Part shown: positions 62,844 through 62,984 of the stretch, piece after piece
Layout: each line of letters opens with the position of its first letter
Position numbering within the stretch: the first letter of the stretch is position 1
DNA from: an uncultured bacterium
GTDB taxonomy: Bacteria; Patescibacteriota; Minisyncoccia; Moranbacterales; GWC2-37-73
NCBI GenBank assembly: GCA_903861715.1
Contig: CAIOVI010000052.1
Location: 1-62,984, forward strand
Length of the DNA: 62,984 bases
Reading direction: 5' to 3'
Program-made: the position numbers and the translations under genes
Notes under the pieces: model-generated
Told to the model about the DNA's origin: nothing
Database searches by the model: none
What the model saw: the letters and a program-made list of their open reading frames with translations, nothing else

Positions 62844-62984
62844 GCAATATTTTTTATTAATTATTTTTTAAAATTTTTCTGCTAAACAACTTTTTTAATT
62901 ATTTTTAAATTAATTTTGCCTTAATTTACGAGTGGGGCACATTTCAAACGAATACCACTGATTGCTGGGCCATCTCCACCACAT

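Noticed and set aside
62921-62984. Possible 3' end of a minus-strand gene at the right window edge (...CGGDGPAISGIRLKCAPLVN*).
   Set aside because: Only ~20 codons are visible, which is too short to support a call or a product.

Overview
This is an AT-rich bacterial chromosomal window, densely packed and mostly housekeeping. The gene content, the scarcity of Shine-Dalgarno sites and the many insert-bearing conserved proteins suggest a Patescibacteria/CPR-like organism, but that is inference only.

Recognisable genes:
- Cell wall: mreB, murA, murD, uppP.
- RNA and transcription: rnc, nusB, rnhB.
- Replication and tRNA metabolism: dnaE, thrS, miaB, miaA, gatB, a Dus-family tRNA-dihydrouridine synthase.
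- Translation: rpmF, secE-nusG-rplK-rplA, rpsF-ssb-rpsR, efp.
- A six-gene thymidylate/dNTP operon: dCMP deaminase, P-loop kinase, long ThyX-like protein, tmk, an unknown, MazG-like protein.
- Others: trxB, csoR, obg, and tRNA-Ala(UGC) plus tRNA-Ile(GAU).

I saw no rRNA, CRISPR array, integrase or reverse transcriptase.

Accessory content:
- A truncated ISL3-like transposase end next to a Fic gene. The Fic segment is bracketed by a duplicated glycosyltransferase 3' end.
- An MNT/HEPN pair whose HEPN gene carries an in-frame TAA.
- A visibly more G+C-rich, Shine-Dalgarno-rich four-gene islet with two paralogous lipoproteins (17.1-19.6 kb).
- A pair of paralogous unknowns that both begin with 'MPH' (23.5-24.7 kb).
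- A regulator/membrane-protein locus bounded and punctuated by a 38-bp perfect palindrome (47.2-50.4 kb).

The most striking feature is the many families of short palindromic 'word' repeats. They fill the intergenic regions and also sit in frame inside conserved genes: rnhB, the glycosyltransferase, gatB, miaB, miaA, uppP, the U32 peptidase and the HI0933-like flavoprotein. This resembles the Rickettsia palindromic element (RPE) phenomenon.

There is also a T-box-like antiterminator core behind a consensus promoter upstream of thrS, and a promoter-to-terminator small RNA candidate upstream of rpsF.

All calls come from reading the sequence and translations by eye. No database search was run.
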